64,000 nt of DNA, taken from positions 107,038,950 to 107,102,949 of the forward strand of contig JASCQW010000162.1 in the NCBI GenBank assembly GCA_030264375.1, read 5' to 3'. Under the pieces are notes generated by a model, which saw nothing but the letters and a program-made list of their open reading frames with translations, did no database searches and was not told the DNA's origin. Position 1 is the first letter of the stretch. Each line of letters starts with the position of its first letter. Below, piece after piece: positions 39,750 to 52,539 of the stretch. The translations under genes were made by a program, and so were the position numbers. This DNA comes from Carcharhinus longimanus. Taxonomy: Eukaryota.

Positions 39750-41350
39750 TACATCCTACATTGCCAAGGAAATTAATGGTGAAGATAGAAGACGCTCCAA
39801 CCCCAATCCTTCTCGGGTTACGGGAGCGACATCGAAGGACTACAAATATTACATCACTGTTCAAACAAGTGAAGGATAAGTCTGGTTAACTACAGACCAA
39901 TGAATATAATACCAATGGTAGGAAAACTATTAGAAGCCATTGTCAAGGACAAAGTTAATTCTCAATTGGAGAAGTGCGAGTTAATAAAAGGCAACGAATA
40001 CAAATTTGTCAAAGGACAAATTGTGTCTGACAAGCCTGATTGAGTTCTTTGATGTAACAAAAGATTGAAAGTAGTACAGTAAACATTGTTTATTGGGACT
40101 TTCAAAAGGCTCTTAATTGCTTTTATTTTCTTGATTAAGAATACAAGGATTAAAGTGGTGCTGGTTACTTGGGTACATAATCAGCAAATGCTGTTTCTGG
40201 CTAGAGGTATGCAATGGGGTTCCCCAGATTTGTTAGCAGGACTTCTGTTTTCTTTTATATAAAAATAAACTGGACAACGATATAGGGTGCTCAGTTTCCA
40301 AGTCTGCAGATGATACAAAACTTTGCAACATGATAGAGGACAACAGGCATGACATAAACAAACCAGTGAAATGAGCAGACACAGTAGTTGTAACTTAATT
40401 TAAATAAATGCAAAGCAATGGGAGAACTGAAACTATTTTGAAGGCAAAGTGACCTGGGTTGTATCTTCACAAATCCTGAAGTTGGCAGGACAGGTTGAGA
40501 AAGAAGTCAAGAAAAGCATAAAGGATACCTTGCTTGGTGCATTGGATCATTTAATTTTAAAAAAAAAGTAAACCTTTAAAGTAAAACTTTATTTATTAGT
40601 CACAAGTAAGGCTTACATTAACACTGCAGTGAACTGTGAAATTCCCCTAGTCGCCACAGTCTGGCGCCTGTTCGGGTCAATGCACCTAACCAGCACATCT
40701 TTCACAATGTGGGAGGAAACCGGAGCACCTGGAGGAAACCCACACAGGCACAGGGAGAGCGTGCAAACTCCACACAGGCAGTGACCCAAGCTAGGAATCG
40801 AACCAGGGTTCCTGGTACTGTGAAGTAATAACTGAAAAATTACCAATTACCACTGTGTTACCATGCCATACAAATCACTAGTCAGGTCTCTGTTGAAATC
40901 TTGTGTACAATCTAAGTACACACTTTCGAAAGAATGTCATGGTCTTGCAAAGGGGTCAGAGGATGTTTCTTGAGAAGGCAGAAAGAATGAGGACTCCAGA
41001 TACGTGGAGCAAACAGAAGAAGCTGGGAATCGTCTCCACAGGACAAAGAATGTTAAGAGGAGCCTAGTTGAATATTCAAAATCAACAGGTTTTGGTAGAG
41101 GAAATTGGGAGAAACTGTTTTTTCTGGCAAGCAGATCAATTACCAGATCACAGATTTTAAAATAAAAAAAGATCTCGAGGGAAATGAAGAGAAATTATTT
41201 CACAGGGATGTTTATTTAAGGGGGAGGTAGACAAACACAAAAGGGAAAAGGGAAAGTTGTCATGTTAAGATTTAGATGAGAAAAGATGACAGCAGTCTTG
41301 AATGAAGCATAAACACCAGCATGGGATGGTTGGACTAAATGTGCTGTATA
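39750..41350 (+). mobile_element. Decayed CR1 LINE split by an HE1-like SINE (40585-40870, minus)
   Basis: NYRP, DFQKA and SADDTKL remnants; SINE ORF 40613-40846. Confidence 0.75.
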
Positions 41351-41400
41351 TCCTATTTAATCTGGAGCACACTACTTGAAAGCCTGGTGGAATCTGATTC

Positions 41401-41808
41401 AGTAAGAAGTCTCACAGGTTAAAGTCCAACAGGTTTAGTTGTAGCAAAATCCACTAGGTTTTGGGGCACTGCCCCTTCGTCAGGTGAGTGGGAATCTATT
41501 CACCTGCTCACCTGACGAAGGGGCAGCACTCTGAAAGATAGTGGATTCTGCTACCAAATAACCTGTTGGACTTTAACCTGGTGTTGTGAGACTTCTTACT
41601 GTGTTTACCCCAGTCCAATGCCAGCATCTCCACATCNNNNNNNNNNNNNNNNNNNNNNNNNNNNNNNNNNNNNNNNNNNNNNNNNNNNNNNNNNNNNNNN
41701 NNNNNNNNNNNNNNNNNNNNNNNNNNNNNNNNNNNNTTGGACTTTAACCTGGTGTTGTGAGACTTCTTACTGTGTTTACCCCAGTCCAATGCCAGCATCT
41801 CCACATCA
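41401..41808. mobile_element. Palindromic Penelope-like pLTR mini-element with two hammerhead-like cores
   Basis: Inverted arms 41401-41488 and 41507-41600, tail ..ccccagtccaatgccagcatctccacatca, target-site duplication gaatc(t/a)gattc at 41390-41400 and 41809-41819. Confidence 0.8.
41509..41543 (+). ncRNA. Minimal type I hammerhead ribozyme motif (degenerate)
   Basis: cac-CTGACGA-aggggcagcactct-GAAA-gata-gtg: catalytic boxes with stem I cac/gtg; mirror copy on the minus strand at 41452-41486 has a perfect GGGGC/GCCCC stem II but AAAA instead of GAAA. Confidence 0.55.
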
Positions 41809-42889
41809 GAATCAGATTCCACAGGAACTTTTCAAAACACAACTGGACATGTATTTGAAAGGAACTAATTTACATGGTTATAAGAAGAAAGCTGAGGCTA
41901 AATTAGGCAACTCTTTCAAAGAACTAACACAGGCATGACAGGCTAAACAGCCCCCTTCTGTGTCTGATTCTATACTGCTCATGTATACTCAACATGTGAG
42001 CAACAATGAGAAATCCACATGAGAGAAAACTAAGAATTTGAAAAAATATGTTATGATTGTTATGATTATTCAAAATAAGATTAAGCAAATACACTATTCC
42101 ATTGTTTATGTACATGAATTGTTTGGCTGCAAACTGAAATCAATCCAGAGCAAAAATATGTGGTTCTACTGTTGCTTAATACAGAAAGACAGGTACACGT
42201 TTAAAAAGTGAAATCAGCTACCACAGGGTAGCCTGAAGGGCTTTGGAGCCAATAAAATACACGTACTGTTGCAACGTGCACGATCCCACAAACAGTAGTG
42301 AGATTTATGATCAGGTAATCTGTCTTTGGGGTGAGGACAGTTAAGGGTTAAATATTGGCTAGCAGTAGGACACCTTTCATTTCCAGTACCGTGGGATCCA
42401 CCCGAGAGCAGGCAGGACTTTGTTGTAATGTTTGTTATCTGGAAGACTGGCGTGGCAGCCTGGAGTGGGGACTTGAGCCTTCCGACTCAGAGAGGAGTGC
42501 CATCACTGAGCTACGGCTATCACAGTGAACCTTACAACTTGCGGATGTCCCTTTGCAACACATTGGACAGGTAAAAGGCTGTTGTCTACAGGTAGTTCAG
42601 GTCATCGGGGCTTCAGATTTATTATTTAATCAGAGAACCCTACAGTGCAGGAGGAGGCTATTCGGTCCATCAAGTCAGCACTGACCGCAATCTCACCCAG
42701 GCCCTATCCCCATAACTTTACCCTGGCTAAGTCCCCCCTGGCATTGAAGGGCAATTTGGAGTGGCCAATCCACCTAACACCTTCAAGGTATAAAGCGGCC
42801 CCAGATCTCACTGGTGTTTGTCCCCGTTAATCACAGTCAAATTTCACCTCAGATATTAACGCAGCAATTATTTCACACAGTTTATCCCT

Positions 42890-43260
42890 CCCACCCCCCG
42901 CTCGGTCTGTTGCGATTTACATGCAGTGACACTTTATAAGGTTGTCGGGGAAAGCGCGCCAGCGATCCACCCCGTACCTGCGGGCTGTCTTCCAGCGTTT
43001 CCTCGATGGGTAGTTTTTCCATCCCCGGCATGGCTGCGGCCTCAGCACTAAATCAGCAGCATCAACCGCCGTTCCCCGCTCCCAACCCACGAAGCAGCGA
43101 GACGCCAACGCCGCTGCGTCACCGGCGCGTGCCTGCCTGCCTGCCCGCCAGCGGAAGTCCCGCCCCCCTCCTGCGGCTCCGAACTCCCATTGGCTGCTTT
43201 TGCTGTCACTCAAAGCCAACATTCCAGGGTGGGTGTGACTGCGCCAGGGGTTAATCCTGA
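42890..43260 (-). promoter_or_regulatory. APPL1 CpG-island promoter / 5' UTR
   Basis: Strong local GC and CpG enrichment around exon 1; ETS-like GCGGAAGT 43151-43158, GC box CCCGCCCC 43159-43166, CCAAT on the minus strand (attgg 43189-43193). Confidence 0.75.
42978..43031 (-). CDS. APPL1: APPL1 coding exon 1 (MPGMEKLPIEETLEDSPQ)
   Basis: ATG at 43031-43029 in a GCCGCAGCCATGC context; 54 nt; matches recalled human APPL1 N-terminus MPGIDKLPIEETLEDSPQ; donor CAG|GTACGG. Confidence 0.96.
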
Positions 43261-43294
43261 AACATAGCTGTTGAAGGAGGCAAATTCGGTCTCG

Positions 43295-43635
43295 CAAGTT
43301 TATTTCTTTGTAGTGTCACAATTAGGCTTATATTAATGAAGTTACTGTGAAAATCCCCCCCTCCTTTACTGGCTACATTCTGGCACCTGTTTGGGCACAG
43401 TAAGAAGTCTCACAACACCAGGTTAAAGTCCAACAGATTTATTAGGTAGCACAAACTTTCAGAGTGTCGCTGTACTGATTTGAGTATTTAACATGGCCAA
43501 TGCAACCTAATCAGCACGTACGTCTTTCAGACTGTGGGAGGAAACTGGGGCACCCGGAGGAAACCCATGCACAGACACGGATAGAACGTGCAGTCTCTGC
43601 ACAGACAGTGACCCAAGCTGGGGATCGAAACGAAG
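43295..43635 (-). mobile_element. HE1-like SINE with a nested Penelope pLTR fragment (about 43398-43470)
   Basis: SINE tail and core on both sides of cagtaagaagtctcacaacaccaggttaaagtccaac. Confidence 0.75.
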
Positions 43636-43642
43636 CTCCTTT

Positions 43643-44710
43643 CTTTCAGTGTGCGTCACTGTCACAAACCTCTACACAACTTCAGCCCCATACGAGTTCA
43701 TCCTCTGATCTCCCCACCGTTGGTGTAATTGGAAAGAGCTCACACACGCATTTTGGTATGAACACTGCAACTCCTGACAATGCAGAGCTAGCGCAGGACT
43801 GCCAAGACCCCATCTGTCTGTTGGAGCAATGATTTATATGGCTGATTGGAGCAAGAAGAGTTCCTACAACTGTGTTTCCCCCTCAACTGTCTTTTGTTTA
43901 TTGTTCATGATATGTTTATTGTTCATTGATACCTCAAGATAAAGGGGGGGCGGTTTAGAACGGAGTTGAGGAGGAACTTCTTCACTCAAAGGGTGGTGAA
44001 TCTATGGANNNNNNNNNNNNNNNNNNNNNNNNNNNNNNNNNNNNNNNNNNNNNNNNNNNNNNNNNNNNNNNNNNNNNNNNNNNNNNNNNNNNNNNNNNNN
44101 NNNNNNNNNNNNNNNNNNNNNNNNNNNNNNNNNNNNNNNNNNNNNNNNNNNNNNNNNNNNNNNNNNNNNNNNNNNNNNNNNNNNNNNNNNNNNNNNNCTC
44201 CTCACCTCAGTTTTAAATCCACTGCCTCTCAACCGAAACCTGTGACCTCTTGTTCGAGATTGTCCCATAAGGGGTAATATTTGGTGTACAGACTCCAAAT
44301 ATTAGCACTATTCTCTCTCCACAGATGTTATCAGACTTGTTGATATTTTCCAACATTTTCTTGTAAGGCTTTTTTTTTGGGTTGGTCCTGTGGGGTTGAA
44401 ATGGAGGTGAGGTTGTTTGTGCTCATTCCTTTCAGTGTGCGTCATTGTCACAAACCTCTACACAACTTCAGCCCCATACAGTGTTCATCCTCTGATCACC
44501 CCACCATTGATGTAATTGGAAAGAGCTCACACGTCTTTAGCACTTTGGTGTGAGCACTGCGACCCCTGACAATGCAGAGCTAGTGCAGCACTGCCAAGAC
44601 CCCATCTGTCTGTTGGAACAATGATTTATATGGCTGTCTGGAGCAAGAAGAGTTCCTACAAGTGTGTATCCCTCTCCAACCCTGTCTTTTGTTTATTGTT
44701 CATGATATGT
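43643..44710 (+). repeat. Direct duplication of about 275 bp (43643-43915 and 44429-44710)
   Basis: Colinear copies with scattered substitutions and small indels, separated by inverted CR1 stubs and an N-gap. Confidence 0.92.
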
Positions 44711-44819
44711 CAATATCAGGCTCGCATTTATTGCCCACCTTAAGAAGTGATGGTGAGCCACCTTCTTAAACTACTGTAGTCCCATGTAGTGTTAGATGAG
44801 GAGCTTTGGAAGTTATCTT

Positions 44820-45545
44820 TTGCAAAAGACTGACATTGACAAGGATCTACAGCATCACCTGAAATCTACTGGTGCGGTCTTTGGCCACATGAGGAAGTGT
44901 GTTTGAAGATCGCAACATCAAAACTGAAACAAAGCACATGGTACCATGAGGGCCTGATCCCTTCATTACTGTAAGGACTGAAACATGGACAGAGTATGGG
45001 GGAACCTCAAAGCATCAGAATCATACAACCAACATTGCGGAATATCTTGCATGTTGAGTGGGAGGACAAAATGCACCAATATCAGTATAGTCTCATATAC
45101 AGGCAGTAGAAGATCTGAAACTGATTATCCATCATCAGTTTCATTAGGTTGGTCACATACTTCAGATGGCACATACCAGGCTGTCTTCTCCCAGCTTAGT
45201 CAGAATAGATATACCAGAGGAGAACAGAAGAGGTGCTTCAAGGATATGCTGAAAGCCAGCACAAACAAATGCAATAATGACATCAACTCCTAAGAGACCA
45301 TTGCCTTAACCAATGGAGTATATGTGGAAAGGATCCCAGCATTTTGAGACCTACTTACTACAAAATGAAGCAGAAAAATTGAGAGTGGCAAAAAGAACAT
45401 GCCATGATCCAAAGTGGTAATACATAAACAGACATCCCACATGGCAATATCTCTGTCATAAAATCTGCAGATTTTGAATCTGCCTCATCAGCCATCTTCA
45501 GAGACATGGAAGGCAAACATCCTCACCAGCAAGGGATAGCCAATA
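44820..45545 (+). mobile_element. RTE-clade LINE 3' fragment
   Basis: VFSQLSQNRYTRGEQKRCFKDMLKAS (ORF 44985-45293) and CLISHLQRH zinc-knuckle-like end. Confidence 0.7.
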
Positions 45546-48500
45546 ACATAAAAGATAAAGAAGATTTTGACCTAGCAACACTGAAGAGAAAAAACTTTTT
45601 CATCCAGTGGGTGGTGGGAATCTCTGCCTGAAAGTGTGGTAGAGGTGGGAATCCCCAAAACATTTAGGAAGCATTTAAATGAGCACTTGAAATGCCACAG
45701 CATACAAGGCTACAGACCAAGTGCTGGAAAATAGCATTAGAATAGATAGGTGCTAGGTGGCTAGCAGAGATATGATGGGACTCTACGACTCCATGAAGGA
45801 ACAGTGATCTAGCTCCAAGTCCTGCTGTTCTTGTCCTGCTAGGTGGTAGAGCAGGGGTTTCCAAACTGTGGGTCATGAATCCAGCTGAGGTGACAGAAGC
45901 AACAAATGAGATTGCAAGCACCCTCTGCTCCAAGATGTGTCCATCACTGAGGCATAGGTTGTATCTTGCCCTGTTTGCCTCTTGTTCATGCTTTCAATTC
46001 CATGGCCTCCTGCCCGTGGCTGCATCACTGAGTGTTCAGTCACCTTGGACTATGGAGAGCTCGGCTGAAACATCAGTGGCCAATAACTGTCACATGTTAT
46101 GTTCCCATTCCAAAGCATTCCATGTTCCTCATAGAGCCCTGCCCCAACCAGGAACCGGATGCTGACACCTCCAATGCTTAGCTGTGGTGCAAACCCAATC
46201 CTGTCACTCTAGTGCTGCGGACTGATCGGGCTCCAACATCAACTGCCTCAAGACATTCAACATGCATTTCTGCTGCTTCATGTCTAATGGTCATGAGCTG
46301 GAGTAGCTCAGATGAAGTGATGGACCAGTGAGTACATAAATAACAATTTCACAAAGTTTTTTTATTCTTTCATGTGATATGAGTTCATCCCATCCCTAAT
46401 TGCCTTTGAAAAGGTGATGGTGAACCATCTTCTTGAACCACTGCAGTCCATATGATGCAGGTATACCCACTGTGCTGTCCAGAAGTAAGTTCCAGGATTT
46501 TGACCCAACAACAATGAAGGAACAGCAATATTGTACGAAATCAGGATGTTGGGTAGCTTGGAGGGGAACTTGCAGGTGGTGGTGTTCCCATGTATGTACT
46601 GCCCTAATCCTTCTAGGTGGTAGAAGTCATAAGTTTGGAAGGTGCTCTCTGTCGAAGGAGCCTTGGTGAGTTGCTACATGCACCTTGACTTGTGTCTTAT
46701 AGATGATGGACAAGCCTTGGGGAATCAAGAAGTGAGTTACTTTCCACAAAATTCCTAGCCTCTGACCTGCTCTTGTAGCCATGGTATCTATGTGGCTAAC
46801 CCAGTTTAATTTCTGGTCAATGATAACCCCCAGGATGTTGATAGTATCTATAAATTATTGAAAGTACTCATAAATGTAAAACTCTGTGTTTTGAATTATG
46901 TATTTGCTGTAATAATCAGCAAACTTTAATAACTATACTGAAAGTTGCAATACTGTTTTATTGCTGTTTAGTTTTTGTTGGTATCTGGGGTTGTGTCCAT
47001 TTTCAATTCTTAAGATAGGGTATATTGGAAAAATAGTTTGCAAAGTAGGGACCACTGTTTTGGGAGGTGTTGTTGATTAAACCTTGGTGAGCGTTGTAGA
47101 TGCTGTGTTGACTATACTGATTCTTGTCACAAACACAGAGCACGTCCACACAGTGCTAAGTTTGTATGAAATGCTGATGATTGGCAGGTATGACTTGAAT
47201 CCTATCTGATAGCTTTCATCTGCAGTTTGCAAAAGAAAACTAATGCAATGATGTTCATTGTGACATGAGAGCGTAAGATTGTAGTTTATTCTTAAGCTTG
47301 GCGAGACATCAGTCTTTTTGGGAAATCTGGGCAATCGATCAAGATTGAAAAGAGCAAAGAAGATAAGATAAAAATGAAAGTAGCGTCAAGCTTGGAATTT
47401 TAAAAGTAAAAAATTACTGAAGGAAGACGGGTTTCCTAAATTTCAAATATGTGTCTCGTGATGCCAACAATCAGAATGTGTGCAGAAGAAATATCTTTTG
47501 AAAATTCAATATTTATAATTAAAAAGGAACAACATAGATTTATTTCTGTCCACTTGATACTAAAAGAACTTTTCCCAAATATAAATATGATCAAACCCCA
47601 TGTGTTTGAATCTCTAACACCAAAAGATCTGGTGGATAAATGCTCTCATGAGAAACAATGAAGATCCCAAGTATAATCTCAGCTAGGAAAATAGTTGGAG
47701 TGGGAGTGGGGAGGGGCAATGGTGCCTTCACATCATAGGCTGAAGGAAATAAAGACTAGGCTATGAACTTTGAATAATATCAATAACATGTAGTGCAGAC
47801 GTATGCTTATACATACATTCGCCTACTGATGATATGGCTAAGGCAGGACAATGTGCTCCATGACTGAGTTTTTTTAGAATTATTTATTCAAGTGATGTGG
47901 GCTTCACTGGCAAAGTTAGCATTCATTGCCCATCCCTAACTGCCCTTGCAAAGCTGCTGGTGAATTGCCTTCTTGAGCAGCTACAGTCGATGTGATGTAG
48001 ATACACCCACAATGCTGTTCAATGAAGGAGTTCCAGGATTTTGACCCGATGACAGTGAAGGAACGGCGATATATTTCCAAGTCAGGTTACTATGTAGCTT
48101 GGAGGGGAACTTCCAGGTGGTGGTCTTCCCATGAATCTGCTGCCCTTGCCCTTCTAGATGGTAGACGCTTGCATTTGGAAGGTGCTCTCAGCGGAGCCAT
48201 GGTAAGTTCCTGCAGTGCATCTTGTGTCTAGAATATCTGTCTCAAAGTATTCACCATCTTCCAAACAACTATGACCAACCATGACCCACTATTCCAATGC
48301 TCTCCTAACCAGCCTCATATTTTTTCCACCTTCCATAATCTAATGCTCTAGCTGTAGATTAATTTCATCCATCAACCCTGTGCTCATAGGCTTACATTGT
48401 GCACCAATACCTTGATTTCTCTCCATGCTCCTCCTATTCATGTCCACCCATGCTCTTGCCCAACCAACTCTGTAATCTCCTTAATCCCTGCCAGCCATCT

Positions 48501-48779
48501 GAAAATGGCATTCCTCCAACTCTGGCCTCTTGTGTGTTAGACAATTCTTTCACCCCACCAATGGTGAATGTGCTACCAAAGCTTTGGCATTCTCTAACTA
48601 AAACCTCTGCCTCATTCTCCCACACATATGATTACTTAGGCCAGGCTTTGATTATCTGTCCTAATATCCCCTCCTTTGCTATGGTATAAATTTTGTCTAT
48701 GTTCTTGTGAAGCACCTCAGATATTTCACTACATTAAAATAACTATATGCAATAAAACAGGTGGTATTTGCAGCATTTT

Positions 48780-49195
48780 GGATCCAACAAGAAAAAGACT
48801 TACATTAATTGTACCTTTTATGACCACAACCAATTCCAAAGTGTTTTATAGCTAATGTAGTATCTTTTTAAAGTGTAGTCACTGTTGGCATGGTAGCCAA
48901 TTTGCATGTAGCAACCTGACAATGAGCAGATAATCTATTTTTATGAAGTTGATTGGAGGATAAATATTGACCTGGAGACCAGGCATAACTCCTAGCTCTT
49001 TGAAATACTGCCATTTTCACATGACAGGGTACCAATTTAACATCTCATCCAAAAGATGAGAGTGCAGCATTCCCTCAGTACTGCCCTGATGTGTCAGCTG
49101 AGACTTATGTGCTCAAGTCCTGGAGTGGGACTTGAATTCACAACTTCCCATCCATTCACAACCTTAGAGATAAGAGTGCTGCCAACTGAGCCTTG
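48780..49195 (-). mobile_element. Deu-domain SINE, near full length
   Basis: Reverse complement has a tRNA-like head, ctgacacatcagggcagtactgagggaatgctgcact, ggatgagatgttaaa and gtcaatatttatcctccaatcaac. Confidence 0.7.
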
Positions 49196-49844
49196 AATGT
49201 GATGAATTCTGTAGTCAGACAATTGTACCAACCACACATGTGGTTTAAAATAGTCATATTTGCTAGGAGCATTTCAAGTGTTTTTTCTACAAGTTTGAGA
49301 CTATTTTGACATTGGTTAACCTGAGGCATTTTCTCGTTTAAAAAAAAACTACATAATGAATAGGAACCCGGGTTTTTTGCTTTTCTCATTTAATAACCAG
49401 ATACAACCATGCAGATGCCCACGTTGTGATGCATTAACTCTACCGCAATTCTTAATCTTAGTGCCCGGCAACTCCAAAGGTTATGCTTTAACATACTAGA
49501 GCATCGAAAGATGTTTCAAAATGTATCGAAAAATGGTCAGCACAGTGTTTTTAGCACTGTTGCCTCACATCGGCAGGAACCCAGGTTCGATTCCAGCTTG
49601 TGTGGACTTTTGCGCATTCTTCCCATGTCTGCGTGGGTTTTCTCCGAGTGCTCTGGTTTCATCCTACAGTCCAAAGATGTGCGGGTTAGATCATGCTAAA
49701 TTGCCCCTTAGTGTCAGGGGTACTAGCTAGGATAAATGCATGGGATTATGGGGATGGGGCCTGGGTGCGATTGTGGTCAGTGTAAACTCAATGGGCTGAA
49801 TGACCTCTTTCTGCACTGTAAGGATTCAATGATTCTATTTTTGT

Positions 49845-50491
49845 CTAGGCTTGGAAAGAGACAAGTGGTAGATGGAATGTAATCCTGAAAAGTATGAGGT
49901 GATACACTTTGGAAGGAGTAATTTGACAAGAAAGTACTCAATGAATGGTGGGACACAAGGAAGTTCTGTGGAACAAAGGGACCTTGGTGTGTTTGTCCAC
50001 AAATTTCTGAAGGCGGAAGGGCATGTTGGTAGGGTGGTGAAAAAGACATATCGGACACTTGTCTTTATCAATTGAGGCATAGATTACAAAAGCAGGGAAG
50101 TCATGTTGAACCTGCATAGAACTTTGGTGAATTCACAGCTGGAGTACTGTGTGCAGTTCTGGTTGCCACCTTATCGGAGAGATGTGATTGAACTGGGGGG
50201 AGTTGCAGAGGAAATTCACCAGGATGCTCTCTGGGATGGAAAATTTAAATTATGAAGAGGTTGCGTAGTTTGGGTTGTTTTCGTTGGAGCAGAGAAGACT
50301 GAGGAGCGACATGATCGAGCTGTACAAGATTATGAGAGACATGGACAGAATTGTTAAGGAGCAGCTGTTGCCCTTAGTTGAAAGGTCAGTCACAAGAGGT
50401 TCAAGGTAAGGGGCAGGAGGTTTATGGGGAAATGTGAGGAAAAGCTTTTAACCACAGGGTGAACACTTGGCACATTATAACATTCAAGGAT
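49845..50491 (+). mobile_element. CR1 LINE 3' fragment
   Basis: ORF 49872-50075 (KYEVIHFGRSN..QRDLGVFVH); same subfamily as 51480-52250. Confidence 0.88.
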
Positions 50492-51479
50492 NNNNNNNNN
50501 NNNNNNNNNNNNNNNNNNNNNNNNNNNNNNNNNNNNNNNNNNNNNNNNNNNNNNNNNNNNNNNNNNNNNNNNNNNNNNNNNNNNNNNNNNNGGGGGGGGG
50601 GAGGGGAGGGAGAGAAAGTGGTTCCCACACAGATCGCAGAGAACGGTCTGATTCATTGATCATTGTTGTTTTGTCTTGTCTGAGCCTGACCCACCACCAC
50701 CTTGCTGCCAAATGATCCCCGTTCCCAATTCCTCCACCCCGTTGCTGTGGGTCAATGTTATCATAGTAACGAAATAAGCATGTGGTGGGGTGATGTCTTT
50801 TATCAAAATTCACAAGATGGTACCTTTGTCTTTGTAACTGGCAGTTTGCAAATGTCCTTTTCTGAAGATGATGCACCTTTAACAATGTTATGTGCATTTA
50901 CGAATTATAACTGGGAAATCAAGGATTTGTGAAAAAAATTTGTTAGAACCCTTGTTTGAATAGTTGCCCCAAGAGCTTTGTTTAGGAATTCAGTAACCTG
51001 ATGGCCACAACAGTAAGGAAATAAGTTACCAGCTGAGTTCTCTGAAATAATGTACATTGTTAAATCCCTCCAAACACTGGTAAAGCTGACAGCTTCTTCC
51101 TGTGATTCAAATGACAGATCAGAATCTTTGAGAAAACACTGTCATAGTCAGTCACAATTATTTTTATGGGTAAACATTTGAGTATGTTGCCAAAGCTAGA
51201 AGCTTTTGTTGAAGAATTGACAGCTAACTGAACGTGCATTGCTTGAATGAAACACAGGTGATCTTATCCCGGGAAGGTTGATGCTTCAAGTTGGTAATGG
51301 TTCCTTCACATGTGGAGTCACATGGATCAAAAATCAAATGAAATGACTTCAAGTTCTGCAAAGAATCCAATCAGAAAGGATTTGCAAATGAAAAAAGATC
51401 ATCAAAGGTAAGTTTTAGAAAAACATATTTTAATGACCGATAGGGATGATAAAATTATAGAATGCATGCAGCACATCAG

Positions 51480-52250
51480 CACGCCTGTTTCTACAATTTA
51501 TATGTGTTACTTGGGTGAAGGGGCTGAAGGTATGATTGGCATGTCTGTCCACAGATCTCTGAAGGCGGAAGGGCATGTTAGTGGGGTGGTGAAAAAAGCA
51601 TATGTGACATTTGCCTTTATCAACCCAAGCATAGATTACAAAAGCAGGGAAGTCATACTGGAGTTGTATAAAACTTTGGTGAGGCCACAGCTGGAGTACT
51701 GTATGCCATTCTGATCACCACATTATCGGAAGGATGTGATTGTACTGGAGGGGGTGCAGAGGAGATTTATCAGGATGCTGCCTGGGATGGAACATTTAAC
51801 TTATGAAGAGAGATTGGGTAGGCTTGGGTTGTTTTCGTTGAAGCTGATAAGAATGAGGGTCGACAAGATTATAAGAGGCATTGACAAAGTGGATAAGGAG
51901 CAACTATTCCCCTTAGTTGAAGGGTCAGTCACAAATGGACATAGGTTCAAGGTAAGGGGCGGGAGGTTTAGGGGGGATGTGAGGAAAAATGTTTTTACCC
52001 AGAGGGTGGCGAGGGTCTAGAATGCACTGCATGGGAAGGGGGGAGGCAGATTACCTCACCTCTTTTAAAAAGTATCTCGATTAGAACTTGGCACATCATA
52101 ACATTCAGGGCTGGCAGATGGGATTAGATGGGAGTTCAGGGCTAAGTGCTGGCAGATGGGATTAGATGGGAGTTCAGGTGTTTCTAATGTGTCAGTGTGG
52201 ATTTGCTGGACCGAAGGGCCTCTTCTGTGCTGTATGGTTCTGTGATTCTA
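51480..52250 (+). mobile_element. CR1 LINE 3' fragment with tail
   Basis: ORFs 51433-51714 and 51736-52020 (LYKTLVRPQLEYC, YEERLGRLGLFSL, FTQRV). Confidence 0.9.
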
Positions 52251-52539
52251 TAAATAATTTGCACATTTTTGCTTGTGTTTATGATTTAAGTGATGTGGAA
52301 TTAAAGTACTGCTCCACTCAGCAGGTTCTTGTTGGGCTCATTCCAAGACAGGAAGGATTGGTCAACTTTATCTTCCAAGGATGGTGTTTGGAAACCATTT
52401 GGGTGGCGCTGAACTTTCAACCCTGTATTGAACTCCACAGTGAAGGACTGCGCTGTGAACAAACAGGCTTCGTTATGTACATTTGCAGTTAACTCCATTA
52501 GTGGAGAGAAATGAAAATGATTAAATTTAATCACACGTA

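Noticed and set aside
41566-41807. Exact 71-bp direct repeat on both sides of gap 41637-41736 (source of ORFs 41508-41822 and 41618-41938)
   Set aside because: Identical sequence abutting both gap edges indicates an unmerged contig overlap, although a real tandem pLTR cannot be fully excluded
42917-43297. Overlapping ORFs across the APPL1 promoter (126 aa minus, 82 aa plus)
   Set aside because: Stop-poor GC-rich CpG island; the real exon uses another frame
52110-52178. 31-bp tandem duplication
   Set aside because: Slippage inside a CR1 tail; not a CRISPR-like or functional array
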